A stretch of 64,000 nucleotides of DNA from Auanema rhodensis. Its lineage: Eukaryota > Animalia > Nematoda. Shown piece after piece: positions 28,201-41,200 of the stretch. The stretch is from the NCBI GenBank assembly GCA_964057225.1, contig OZ059898.1, forward strand, positions 13,764,001 through 13,828,000. The letters are read 5' to 3'. The notes below the pieces were generated by a model. It did no database searches. It was given only the letters and a program-made list of their open reading frames with translations, and had not been told where the DNA came from. Each line of letters opens with the position of its first letter. Position 1 is the stretch's first letter. The position numbers and the translations under genes were made by a program.

Positions 28201-31200
28201 TCAATGTAGTTTCTCTGTGACTGCAAAAGTTTTTCATCTTCTTTGCAAGCAATGTCTTCTCCTCTCCTTAGCCTAGTCTAACAGTCGGGATCGTATTTCT
28301 TTATGTATTTTCGGGACAAAACTGGGTCGTTTCTCACGATGTACCGGAATGCTAACTGTGACTTTTTGAATTCAAATAAAAACAGATGCTCTCATCTGAT
28401 CTAATTGGATTCACCGCTTCTCATCTGGTTACTTTTTATGAAAAAATAATAAGTTTGGTAAAGTAACTCGTATTAGCTCTAGATATCAAATTTTGGTTCA
28501 TTTTTCAAGCCAGATTTCTGTTTTTTTCCGAATTTCGTACGAATTTGTAAGATGAATAGTGACGGAAGTTATTTTTTTCTTCAGAGCAAGAAAAAGAATG
28601 ATCTGAGGGCTATATTGTAGCTCACGGAAAACTGGAGAGTAGAGAGAGAGTCTCGAATATTCAATGACTGCTCGTCACGGTTGTTGCAGATGTCGTACTC
28701 ATAGCCCAACTAGCAAAATATATAATTTGTTCAACATAAAATAAGAGCAAAAATAGATCAAAATGTTAAATAATTTGGGAATGAAAGTATAACTATCAAG
28801 TAAAAAGTATTTTTTTTGCGAGTTTACAGAAAAAAACAAACGCAAAGTTTATGATAACCTGCTGTTAGAAAAACGGATGTTAAAGGCCATATGCTTCCGG
28901 CCCAAGACCATGTTCGGATAATGAAAAAGCATTTCGAGGATGACAGCTACGGGTGCATCCGCTTTTTCGGTTAAATCAAATACCGTTTGGCCTTTAACTA
29001 CTTAAGATGCCGCAATATGATGACGTATTCATTATCACACCCTACATGCTCTTTCCCAGAATGAACTAGTGAAAGGATAGATAGTTCGCCTATTCTTTAG
29101 CGTCCTTTGTCTATCATAGATGGGCTAGTCCTTGTTTGTATCAGATTCCATTTTTTGAATAAAAAAAACTAAGACATAGTATAGTATAAGTTTACACTAG
29201 CTATGCTCATAGAATTGAGATATTGGTTAGATACCTGGAAGTTGCCTGTACCACCATCCCGGTACTGGTGAAATCGAGCGCGATACTCATCATACAAAGC
29301 CTTATGTGACTCAAGTAATACCTGTTACTCAGAATGATACTCACATATGCAACATCTACTACTCATCGATATATGCGAACTAAAAAGTCTCATTTTAGTA
29401 TAAAAAGCATGTGTCGCCGTGTTAGTGTCGTCGATAACGTTTTTATTTCATTATGTGAATGTGTCGTTAGGGTTGGCTGAGCTAAGCAAAACTGAAAGTA
29501 AGGAGCATCTCAGGGACTCACATCTGCAGAGTATAGTTCAAATCAAAAGAGGGACATTGAACATGCGATGGAATACTCTTAGTAGAAACATTAGAAACCC
29601 TTCACTTGACCATTTATGTCTTCTTCATCATCTAAGACACATTTTCTTTTCGTTGCGACCTCTTGTCATATTTCTTTTTTCTTTTATGTATGCTCATGTT
29701 GCTAGCCGCACAAATCTCGGAAGTAAAGAGGTCGTCGTTGAATGAACAGGAGATACGAGCATTCTATATCCAGATAGACCTTCAATTTGTTAAAAAAGAC
29801 CTTAGCGAGACACTACTAATCAGCATTTTCTTCTGAGAGATATAAGACGAACAAAGCATGGCTAAGAGGTCAGAATTGGCGAGAGAGAAGGAGCCAGAGC
29901 TGTCGCCGCTACCTCTCAAAAAGCGAAATAATAGAGAGAACAAGAAGAGTACGTGTTTGAAGTCCTTCAAAAGAATAACGTGGGAGAGGCAGTGCCGGTA
30001 GTCACAATGTATATTCTTGTTCAAGAGGGGGTTCCTAAAGATATTATCTGCATACCGCAGATGTATCCGTAATTAGCCGGCTCGCAGCCTTTTACTCTTC
30101 CTCTCATTTGTTAGCTCATTATGTTTTTCATTCCTACCATGACTGATATGAAAAAGAACAACAGATTGTGCCTACCGGCTGTTAGACGATGGACTCTCTC
30201 TCTCTGTCTCTCTACTTTCAATGAAAACTTGTAATGTCTATTCATCCAGGACCAATAAGCCGCATCACCTGTTTCTCTAAACGGTCGAGACAAATCATAT
30301 TACGAATAAGAAATAGTTCATTTTACAACCACATATGTGCTGCAGACACTTCATATATCGTATGTTGCCATGTTCGAAGTATGAGTTTTCAACTTTTCCA
30401 TAAAAAGTTGTTGTTGGGTACGGTAGCATATGGCTTTAAAGTTGTTATATGTGCCAAGAATGACAGTTTACGATTATTATTAAACGGATGGGTTGCACTC
30501 ATCCTGATTAGTCTTAACCGGTTACGCATACCTCTAAATCCGATATTGATGACGTCATTCCATTAACTTAGAGAAAACTGGGGAGAAGACGATACAGCTG
30601 TAAACTGATGGAATAGGTGCACAGTAACATGCCTATAAACGGATGATGAATGAGAACGTGCTAATACGATTGGTTGCATAGCTAGTGATGTCATTCCAAC
30701 TACCGCAATCTCTCATCGTTTTTTTAACCAAATAAGGGGTTTTTTTTAACCATATAAAATAACTGTGAAAATTATTATATTTTGAAATCGGAGTTATAGA
30801 TGCTATGTAATAAACTTATTTCAGATTGAAAGTAAGCTTGATGCCTGCTAATACGTGTTTTTAAAATTTTTGATTGGTTATAGTTGGTTTACGTCATGTT
30901 TCATTGAAAACTTCGCTGTGTTTCTACACTCATGGATTAGATACATAAACTTATATATGGCATCAAACATTATTAAATTAGTTCACAATACTTAATCTTT
31001 CATTTACTCTTCTTCCCACATTCACTAATCGCCTGTCATTTATGTATGCTCATAGAACACAGTTAACCGACAAAGTTGAAAGCTGCTGCCTCTAGTTCAT
31101 TTTCATTGAAGCCCGTCAAATCCATTTTCGAAACCACAAAAGATTGTCGTGGAACTAAGTTATAAGCAGCTACAACCTACCAGTCCGGCTGTTCGCGCTC

Positions 31201-32758
31201 ATTCGATCACAGCAGGCGGCCCACCAATAACGTACTTCGAGACCAATTTAGGAGCTGTACCAGGCTCTCTCTTCCTACTAAAGGGGGACCACCAGGACCA
31301 CCATCTCTACCGTAATCTAGCACTGACCGAATTTTGATTGACGACGAAAACGGAGTATGCAATAACAAGCTTCTGCTTAGACTCCCTCCACAACACTCTC
31401 AATCGTTTGCTCTCTAGCTCTCTTCGAACTTGTTGATATTTTCATCTGTTTCTCTTTGGCAGCCGTCCTGGAGCGCTCGGGCCATGAACGACAAGAGCTG
31501 ATGCCTTCCCGCGTCCTATGTGTCTAGCTCTATCCAATTTCTCTCTTTCTACACATTTTCGTTAAAGCAGTCTTTTGATTCAGGTTGGGGACTAACTATA
31601 AGGCAAAATAACGGTTAACGGTTGAGAAAAAAAAACAAAAAACTCTTTGTCGGCTGTTATCATCAAACTCAAAGAGAATAATGCAATTGAATATTCATCA
31701 TTTCCGATAATGAATGAAAGCAAAGAAGAAGCCACTTCTCACCAAAAACATCATGCCGACAGTTGCGTGTTCACAAGAGGCTAAAGGATAAGATAACTTC
31801 TTTGTACAAATAAAGAAGAAGGCATATTCCAACAGTAGACAGATAAAAAGGGAGAAGAGCACAACAGAGTTGCTGAGAGAAGCAAAGATAGGAAAAAGTG
31901 ACACCACGCTTAGTTCGAGCCTATAGTGTTTGTGTACCTGACACACAGTGTAAGAGAACACATACAAACAAGCAGAAGACAATTTTCTTTGTTTCGTATA
32001 CGATGTAGTCATTGATACCTCTGTCCTACATTCAACATACAAGCCGCTCTACAAGAAATAATAGAACGTACTTTTGGGGATCTGACTGTAATTAACATAA
32101 ACTTCATAACAAACCTTATGGAGGATAACCAAATCAAAGCTTACTATAGAAAACGTGAAATGATCACGAAAACTGAAAATCATCTTTAACGCAACCGCCC
32201 TTTTCAATAATAAATTGAAAATGAACACTTCACAAATGAGCATATCACGAGACAGTTATATCAAGCAATTCATTTTCTTACTCAGGAACGGGACGAAATA
32301 ACTATTAACTACCAAAAAAGGTTATATCCATAAATCCTATAATGCTTAAGATGTCATTATGCAACATATTAAGCCACATCTTATGTTAACTACTAACAAA
32401 GCATTTTACATAGGTCGTACGACTTGCGAAGGTTAGTATTTCAAGCGTAATTTCATTTCCCAAGATAGGAACCCTAATTAGAGTCGGCTACCTTCGAAAC
32501 TTGACCCACTGTTGTCACCAACAGGGGGTCCAGTCTCTCCTACTAATTAGGCCTGCGCCATTGTTCGAAACTCTAAATTGCTAGACCCACAGGTCGAGCC
32601 AATTGCTCGAACGTAATCTCAACAGGCTAATCCTGCCAACCTTCGTTACCAAACTCCAGGACATCAATAGTTACATTAGCAATTTAATGATTTATTTCAA
32701 AAAAATCTTCCTCAACAGAAAACAATAACAGTTGAGCAAACGTGCTAGTATCGTGTTT

Positions 32759-35700
32759 TTAGATCTTGTTGAAGGCAGCAATATCCACTGATTGTACCTG
32801 AAATGACAAATATATATTAACAATAGAAACATTTCTATCATTCAGAATTAGTCAAAATGGAAAAAAATATTATTCATCGGGCTTATTGTATCACTTCTAT
32901 GATATCAGCAGAGAATGCACCGTACAAGGCACGCAATCATCATTCACTACCTTAGTCACTATTCCTGATCAATTTTCTTTTATAAAGGGATCTTGAGTTT
33001 TTGAAGCCAAAAACAGTTAGAAGGTTTGTGAAAGAAAAGAACGAAGGTCAAAACTAATTTTTTATTCTAAGTTTGTTTATGGAAAACTATGACTTCGGTA
33101 ATTAATTTTACACCGGGTGCCGCTAGCCAGCTGCATCTTCAAAAGAATCACGAATTATGCATAAACGTCTATCCATACAAGGGTGCATCTATGACAGCCC
33201 CAACTGCACTGGCAAGAACAGGGATCAATGATTATGATGGAGGGGTTCCCACTGATTAGCATAATCCAAAACAAACATACTGCGGTAAGGCTTATTACAG
33301 CCTGAATCGGTTACATCAACAATGCCATCTAATTGCCAGCAAATGTGATGATGAGAGGTAAAAGAGACGTTTCTTTTCCAGAGGACCGCTTCCGTGGCAA
33401 CGTCTTATATACTAATGAGATGTTCAATCACAAGCCGCTGGGTTCATTATATCAGAAAACGGGGGATTTAACAGAAAAATTCAAATAAGGGCCTTGAGCA
33501 CCAACGTCAACACTTGAAAAAAGTGCACCAAGTCAATTTTCAGTAAAAACAACCTTGAAACCATGCGGCGCATCTTGGAAGATGATGTTGTCAAAAGAAA
33601 AACGCAGCAATTATGAATATGTGGATTGTTATAATGAAATGTTAATTATTGAATTTTTTTGTAGATGACAACCCAGCCAACGCATATCTCAACATTTATG
33701 GGTATAATCCGCATAAGGGATTAAAAGCAGCATATCCCCCAACCATCGTAAAGTTACGCAATCGCAATTGAATGATTAATGTCTCTGCATAATGATATAA
33801 CATAAATGAGAAAAACTTACGTGATCTTCGAAATCACCGGTAATCTTCTCGATCAAATCGTCTACGGAAACCTTAAGATCCTCGATAACGCAAATAATCT
33901 GAAGCTTCTTGATTCCTGTAACAATTAAAACCGTTGGTGACTAATTCTTAAATGACATACCGTATCCAATAGGGATAAGTTTTCCACCTCCCCAGACAAG
34001 TCCGTCCATTTCGATTCCACGGACAAGTTGCTCCATTTCTTCAAGGCTAGTCTCATCATCCCATGGCTTGATATCAAGGATAACTGAGGACTTGGCGATT
34101 GGTCCTGGTTTCTTGGACTTCTTCTCGTTGTAAGCCTTCAAACGCTCCTCAACGATCTTCTTCTTTTCCTCATCTTCTTCCTCGTCTTCAGATCCGAAAA
34201 GATCGAAGTCATCGTCTTTCTCAGCTGGAGCAGCAGCGGCTGGAGCAGCGGCAGCGGAGGATGAGGTCTAAAAGTATTTTTTATCAAAAGAAAAGAAGAT
34301 CAAAAAAGACACTTTATTATGTCAGAATTAGAGGTAAATTATTCCTCGTAATATAATCTACAATACGTAAACGAAATTCGTCTTGTACATCATTACAAAA
34401 ACGTTTGCCTATAGGAATCAAAGGCTGCCAAATCAGTCTATAGATTCGATTAGGAAGATAAGGTTCTGGACACATAGAACGAAGTTGTACTTCTTCAAAA
34501 ATTCTAATAACCATTCCACCCGATAAAGAATGAATGAATTCAAAAATTGTTTTTTCTAAATCTTGGATCAGATTGTCGGAACAATCAAATAAGAATGACA
34601 CATCATGATAATAGTAGGGAAGAAAATTATAAAAATTAGAATGGCAACGCATAGGCGTAGTTAATTCTTCGAATGTAGGAGAAATTTTAGAAATTTTAAA
34701 TTCTAAGCGCTGGGCGCAGCTATAATTGTTGAAACCTTTTTTAGTTTTTCGATAGCCTGAACTCTCATAACCAGGAAAGTGTTCTGGAACCAAATTTGAA
34801 ATTGATTTCAACTGTAAACCTTGCTCTGCAGCAAGATAAATAGATTGCCAACTGTCTTTTTTGTGATTTGGTGGAGAGATGGTTTCTAAGTGTTCTTCCG
34901 AAGAAACACCAGATTGCCCTACAGCTAAAGATAGATGGAAAGATCCAGTTGATGATAAAATTGAGCGAACACTTTTGAAAATTCCAGAAGCTAATTTTTT
35001 ACTTCTTAACAGATTTGTTTTACCACCCGGATGAGGAAAATTCATTATGATTAAGTCAAATTTATTGCGCCATTCAAGAGGAAGTTTGGTAGCATCTACA
35101 CCGAAAAGCAAAGAAACATTGGAACATTTTCTAAGATTCGAAACAGTATCAGAAGCAGAATAACGGGTCAAAAACAACTCTTCTTCTTCTAAAACAGTAG
35201 CCGTAACATGGCCTGTTTTGAACAATCTTGAAAGCGCTAGAGAAAATGAAAGATTTCCGTCCCCCAAAATTAAGATAGATCGAGCTGATACGAAGAAAGA
35301 CTGGAAAGTATACCCAAAATGTATAAAATATTAAAAAACCAACCTGAGAGAGCTTGAGGGACAACTGTTCGAACAACTTTTTGAGCTCGCTAAGCTCGTT
35401 CTTAATTTCTTTGTTCTCCTTTTTGAGTGAAGCAACTTCATTGAAAAGGGCGTCTGAAGAAAAATAGTTATTCAATGATAATGTAATCACTTAGTTCCTA
35501 AACACAGTCACACCAGTTAAGCACAACACTGACTAACACTTAATAAAAAAGAAAGCGCAACCAAAAAAGATAAAATTTTAAGCACAATATTAACCATTTG
35601 ATCCTACAGAAATAGCTTGTCCAGCAAGCGCACTCTTTACAGTCTGCTGCGCATTTGCGATAGCGGATTGAAGGGGATCAGACTTACGAGAATTTTCTAA

Positions 35701-35891
35701 AAAGGTCTCTCATTCCTCTCGGTACCACTAAAACTTTTCTTACCACAAGGTCCGCTAGATCCAGCTCCGGAAGCATTGCTGACGTTGCTGTAAACCTGCT
35801 TTCCACCGAAGAAAGCTTGGTCAGCAGCCTTGATAACAAGGCGAGATCCAAGGATCTTGGTAACTTCAGAGACGAGGCTTTCAACGGACAT
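32759..35891 (-). CDS. eef-1B.2: Translation elongation factor eEF1B-delta (eef-1B.2-like), 266 aa
   Basis: Exons 35891-35744, 35696-35595, 35453-35344 (leucine zipper), 34267-33961, 33915-33821 and 32797-32759. Motifs [52 protein letters not shown] and [12 protein letters not shown]. Confidence 0.95.
32842..32943 (-). ncRNA. Candidate box C/D snoRNA in the last eEF1B intron
   Basis: Minus strand: box C ATGATGA (32943-32937), D' CTGA (32908-32905), C'-like CGATGA (32879-32874), D CTGA (32845-32842), 44 nt from the 3' splice site. No terminal stem or target confirmed. Confidence 0.35.
34317..35300 (-). CDS. fdxacb1: FDXACB1/Bmt5-Bmt6-like (DUF2431) SAM-dependent RNA methyltransferase with C-terminal FDX-ACB domain; alternative terminal exon of the eEF1B-delta gene
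   Basis: Intronless 984-nt frame with [37 protein letters not shown] and YESSGYR, then YYHDVSF...IYRLIWQ (FDX-ACB-like). It begins at a TTTCCAG acceptor in phase with the eEF1B exon 3 donor, and AATAAA overlaps the stop. Confidence 0.88.
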   Translation of the reverse strand, partial: SFFVSARSILILGDGNLSFSLALSRLFKTGHVTATVLEEEELFLTRYSASDTVSNLRKCSNVSLLFGVDATKLPLEWRNKFDLIIMNFPHPGGKTNLLRSKKLASGIFKSVRSILSSTGSFHLSLAVGQSGVSSEEHLETISPPNHKKDSWQSIYLAAEQGLQLKSISNLVPEHFPGYESSGYRKTKKGFNNYSCAQRLEFKISKISPTFEELTTPMRCHSNFYNFLPYYYHDVSFLFDCSDNLIQDLEKTIFEFIHSLSGGMVIRIFEEVQLRSMCPEPYLPNRIYRLIWQPLIPIGKRFCNDVQDEFRLRIVDYITRNNLPLILT

Positions 35892-36638
35892 GATTATTAC
35901 CTAGCAATAACACTAACATTACTTTGAAATTAAAAATAACTAAAAATTTTAAAAAGAAAGAAAAGGAAAAATGTAAAAAAACGTTAAGTTAAAACTATTA
36001 ATATTAGGTAAAAAAATTATATAATTAACAAGTATATATAACACAATTATCTCCAAAAAGAGAACCCTCTATCATGACAACCTGCCAAACTTTTTGATTG
36101 AATTTATAAGAAAAAATTTTAGGAAGAGTGTGCAGTTTATTGAATCGTCATAGGAGACAATTGCGACAGACCTTTAATTTTTTGGTTTATTTACACTGGT
36201 ATCTTCAAATTGCTCGTATATATGCCATGGTTTAAAAAGTTTTGGATTATAAAACTTGATTTAAAAAAATGAAACTTTGATAATTCATTGTTATTATGAG
36301 AAAGTACAATATAACTTCTGGAAGCAACGTAGGAAGCATTAAATTCCTTATCAATAAATTTGAGAGGAGGCACTATAATATCATCAGATAAAAAAAGATA
36401 AATCCCCTCATCATCCTTCTAAGGAATCTCAGTTAATCTCATCGATTTCTGCTTCCTGGATTACTAGCTCATGCATGTTCCTCCTCATATTGGCCATCAT
36501 TTATAAATAAGCTTAAATTTCCTTTTTTTCTCACCAATTTTGTTATATATACCTTTCAATAGGTTGAATGATAATTAACTACTGTGATGTATCGTTTTTC
36601 TATTTTTATTTTTTAAATAAATCGAACATAAAAACAGA

Positions 36639-37589
36639 ATGATGGAGTTTAATGAACTTCCTCCAAAATCGCCTACATTATCTCACCATGGGTCTCGTAA
36701 AAGTGTTCGAACGCTTCGTTCAGCTCGAAGTTTACAAAGTATTAAGGTAAATAAGAAACAAGAAAAAGATCTGAAACGTTTGAGTCTATTTAAAAACTCA
36801 AAACATTTTTATTTTCATTATAACTGCTTTTTTTTACGAGTACAAAGAGTAATAAGAGCACAAACAGTATCCGAGTCTTTAATCATCGTCATGCCACTTA
36901 TCATACCTGTTTTGGATCTGTTCATGTTAAGGTATGAAGCATCGAAAAAAATTTTTTCCTAATATCTTAAGGCTGCCACTTGTGGAATAGGACTCGTATC
37001 TCTTCTAATCGTTTGTTCTGCATTAATATATTGTGTTTATACATCACAGGAAGTAAAATTATATATCATTTCCCTTAACGAGTTTCTTTTTCTTCAGCTT
37101 CAGAAGCCTGTTCTGAAATTATATACATTACCTATGATATTTATGATTGTTTTACTTCTATATATGTATATTGGAATTGTTCAGAAGAAAGCTAAGCTAC
37201 TATATCCTTTCATAGCCTTACAGGTACTCTATATAAATCATTGAATTTTTAATTTTTTGACCAATTTTCCAGATTTTTTTTGTTTTTGCTACGGCAATTT
37301 CAATAGTTATGATATCTATAGCTGTAGTTTGCCGAACAAAATTCATCTTGCAAATATTCATACCCGTAGATAAGAATTCTTCAGAGCAAGATTATTGTTG
37401 GTTAATTTAATACTTGCGAGATGATCAATTCTGAATATTTTAGTGAGAATGTCTTTAGCTACTGCAAGCATTTTACTTATTCAACTATTTTTTCAACTAT
37501 GGGCATTACGCGCAGTGTGTGGCTGTTTTAGATATTTCACTGATCTCAATCGTTTCTACATACGTCAAGCTCAACTTAATTATATTTGA
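36639..37589 (+). CDS. Multi-exon ~4-TM membrane protein (LAPTM/tetraspan-like, uncharacterised)
   Basis: MMEFNELPPKSPTLSHHGSRKS... followed by hydrophobic exons with GIVQKKAKLLYPFIALQ and WALRAVCGCFRYFTD; regular short introns. Confidence 0.7.
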
Positions 37590-38219
37590 TCTAAGATAGA
37601 TGAAAATTCAATCTTTTCAAGTGGTGGCTTCGCATTTCAAATTAAATGTTTGGCTGTGAACTTAAAAATTCAGAACTTAAAAATTTACTTCATATCTTTC
37701 ATGTTAACTGTTATTTTTTATAAGACTATTTTAAAAATAAAAGATTTTGGAAAGTGTAGTTTATTGGCAAATCGTAGTATGGAACATTTAGATTATTTAA
37801 CATATTGCTATTAGGAATATACAACATTGATTGAGGATGTTTAAGAAGTGGTAGGAAGCCATATGGAAATTGTATTTGATCAGACTAGAATTTAGGTATA
37901 ACAAACACCGGAAAGTTCCTTATAGATTAGTAGAGTTAGTATAATCTTATCTTGGCATCGAAATATATAACGGAAACTGTTACATGTTTGTTAGTTGTTA
38001 GAATCACATTGTCAGAAAGCAGAAAATTTTTGCCTAATAACCTTAATAAATCCTAGACATTTCAGATACTCCATATTTGGCTCAAAATTATTTTTTTAGT
38101 TTACTCATTTAAGTTTTTTTTTATTTTTTGTTAATATTAAAGAAAAACTCAGCTAGCGGAAGCTAAGTAATATTGATTTCAGATCTAGATTAACTTTGTA
38201 TACAGTATATTATCTAGTA

Positions 38220-41200
38220 TCAGCAAGGTGGTTCTTGAGGACATGGTTGTGTCCCACGGCATTGCTGAGTTTCTTCAGCTGGACCGTAACAATTGCATCC
38301 TAGTTCTCCAATGCATTGGCGAGATCTGAATAAAGTTCTTTAAAAGTAAATCTGCAATCATTAAAAAACCTGTTTTGAACGCCAACTTCGCAGCTTTTTT
38401 GGGTACTGCAAGCACTCCATTCACACCATTGAGTCCATGAACATTGTGGACTACACGATTGTGTATTGCAGGTACGAGACTCGCGATCAGATCCCTCGCA
38501 GACGCAAGTATCATCATGAGCTGAAAGTATAATAATTTAAATATAAGAAACATTTAGGAATTTACTATTACCTCCATAGCCATCTCTACTGCAAGTTCTA
38601 GTTCTAATACTTTGTCCTCCTCCGCATTCCTTGTCGCACATTGACCACCCACACCATTCTGACCACTTGCAGCAGTTGGTTCCTTCGCATAATACAGTTT
38701 CTACACTTGGACCTTGACAGGCATTGCTGTCACTTCCATCAGAATTCATGCATCCACGAGTACGAGTACGTTGTCCTGGACCACATTTGCTGCTACATCC
38801 AGACCATTCACACCACTCAGACCAAGAAGCACATGGGGCATTGAAACATTGAGATGTTTCCTAAAATCACTCAGTTTTTGCCATACCCAGTAAACTTCAT
38901 TAAACCTCATTTGGTCCAGCACAGTCAGTTCCATATTGACAAATGCGAAGACGTCTACGGATTCCATTCCCGCATGATACGGAGCATGATCCCCATTCTT
39001 CCCAATTGGCCCATTCAGAGCATGGTCTATCTTGGCATGCTTTCTGCTCCATGGTTGTACCAGGACAGTCTTGTCCACCAAGGCAAGAACGTTGACGAGT
39101 AGCAATACCATGTCCACAAGTAGCAGAGCATTGTCCCCAATCTTCCCATTGACTCCATTCTGGACAAGGTCCAGCTTGGCAGACATCGCTCTAAATTTTT
39201 GGTGAACTTATCGTTTATAGAAGCAACTCACTTCAAAATCACTTCCTTCGCATCTATTGGTTCCAAGATGACAGAATCTAGTTCTTTGGCGTTGTCCTTG
39301 TCCACATGTAACAGGGCAAGCAGACCACTCACACCACTCAGACCATGTCTGACAAGGTCCCATATTGCATGAAGCTTGTTCATATTCTGGACCTTGACAG
39401 TTAGAGGTGGCACATTCGCGTCTACGTTGCTTGACACCATCTCCGCAAGTGCATGAACATGCTGACCATTCTGACCAATCATACCAACTTCCAGGTTGTT
39501 GCTGGACAGGTTCGCATGCTCCTCCATTACAAACTGGGGGTGGTGGTGGTGCTGGGCGATAACCACTATGTGGTGCGGGAGGTTGTGGTTGTGGTGCAGG
39601 TGGTGCTGGAGGCTGAGGGTGGGGTTGAGGATAATGTCTAATTTCACAACGGCTTCCTGAGCATGGCTCTGCAACTTGGCGAGCAGGGCTTCTCTGATTT
39701 TCACGATAGTGAGCCATTCTGAAAGTATTATTATGACCTACAATTATTTCTTGTATAAATAACTTGCCTTTGCTGATAAAGTTGAGCATATTCGTCATAA
39801 GGAGAACGTTGCAATTGCTGTTGTTGTTGTTGCTGCTGTTGTTGCTGTTGTTGTTGTTGTTGTTGTTGTTGTTGCTGTTGCTGCAAAAGGAGTTGTTGCT
39901 GGTGCTGCTGATGTTGTTGTTGTTGCTGGAGATATCTGGGATCTTGAGCGCGTGGGAGTGGAGCTGGTGGTGCAGGAGCTCTGTTAAAGTTGCGTGCTGG
40001 ACAACCACGACGTTGAATTTTGCGTCCATAATCACAAGACTGGGATCGGACAGCATGTCCAGCTTAAAAGTGTAAAGCTTGGTACAACATACTTTACATA
40101 AGATTTGCATACCGATCTTTGAGCAATCTGACCAATCGGTCCATTCTCCTACACTCATTTTGAAAGCTTCATCTCCATTTTCTAAAAATAATATGTTTTC
40201 TTTGAACAAATCTATACTACATACGTCTCTTCTTTCTGTCAACTTTATCTGTGGAGGAAGCTAATCCATCCTCTTGAAGAGGTGGATGAGCATCGAACTG
40301 ATGGCAATCATGTACGATCTCAAGCATTCTTACAATATCCTTCTTCGAATCAGCTTTTTGTTCGATAAGATCGATCTGAATTGTTGACATTAAAAACGCA
40401 AATTTTATTTATTTTTGCCTTATCGTTCACAGAATTCTTCTCGAAGAGATAACAGTAGTGATGATCGGTATCATTATGGAGATAATAGTATACAACTGAA
40501 ATTGAAGTTCAGTATAATCCGATCTCAACGTTTTCATATAATTTCTCTTGTAGCTTATATTGGTTTCTCAAGCAACCATTTGATTCTCGAAAGTCTATTT
40601 CTGAGTTCAACAACATGGTAACATGTGGTTACTAAGTACATCAATAAGAAGTTTTGAGTAATGTGACACGACTGTTTTAATTCTCTGTTTTTTGATTTCT
40701 TTTTCATCTGAGTTGTACTTGAAATAAATTATTCGTTTGATTATTGTTGTGGAAATCCAATAGCAATGACAAGCAATAACCAAGTAATTTAGATTTAAAT
40801 GATAAGATTTTAAGTATATCCTTCTCATACGTATGCCAATCATCAATTTCTTAGACACACGCTGTAACCTGTGGATTGGCGTAATCACTCAAAGTCTGTT
40901 GGACAGCGAAAAAGCGGAAAATGAGAGATATATTGAGAAATAGAGAAGATTTATGAAAGTAAGAACTGAAAAGCGTTGCAAAATTGGCCAACTGCCAGTT
41001 GTTCTCAAAAGTTTTCTTTATGTTTCATATTTTCAAGTAAATAATTCAAACTACTTAAAACTGAGAACGAATGAAAATTCAAAAGTTCATTTAGCTTACC
41101 GGCGGTGCAAGCTGGGAACATATCAACACATTTCTTTTGACATTCAAAAGCAGTAGCCTGAATGATAGTCAAGTATAATATTGTAGAAGAAATTCTTTGA

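Noticed and set aside
35149-35490. ORF reading eEF1B exon 3 through the 43-nt intron
   Set aside because: Unspliced read-through is out of frame with the methyltransferase and stops at 35149; splicing explains the join without a frameshift.
39764-40075. Poly-Leu ORF on the + strand (also poly-Val/Ala at 50442-50657 and poly-Asn frames)
   Set aside because: These are antisense or off-frame shadows of coding polyQ tracts.
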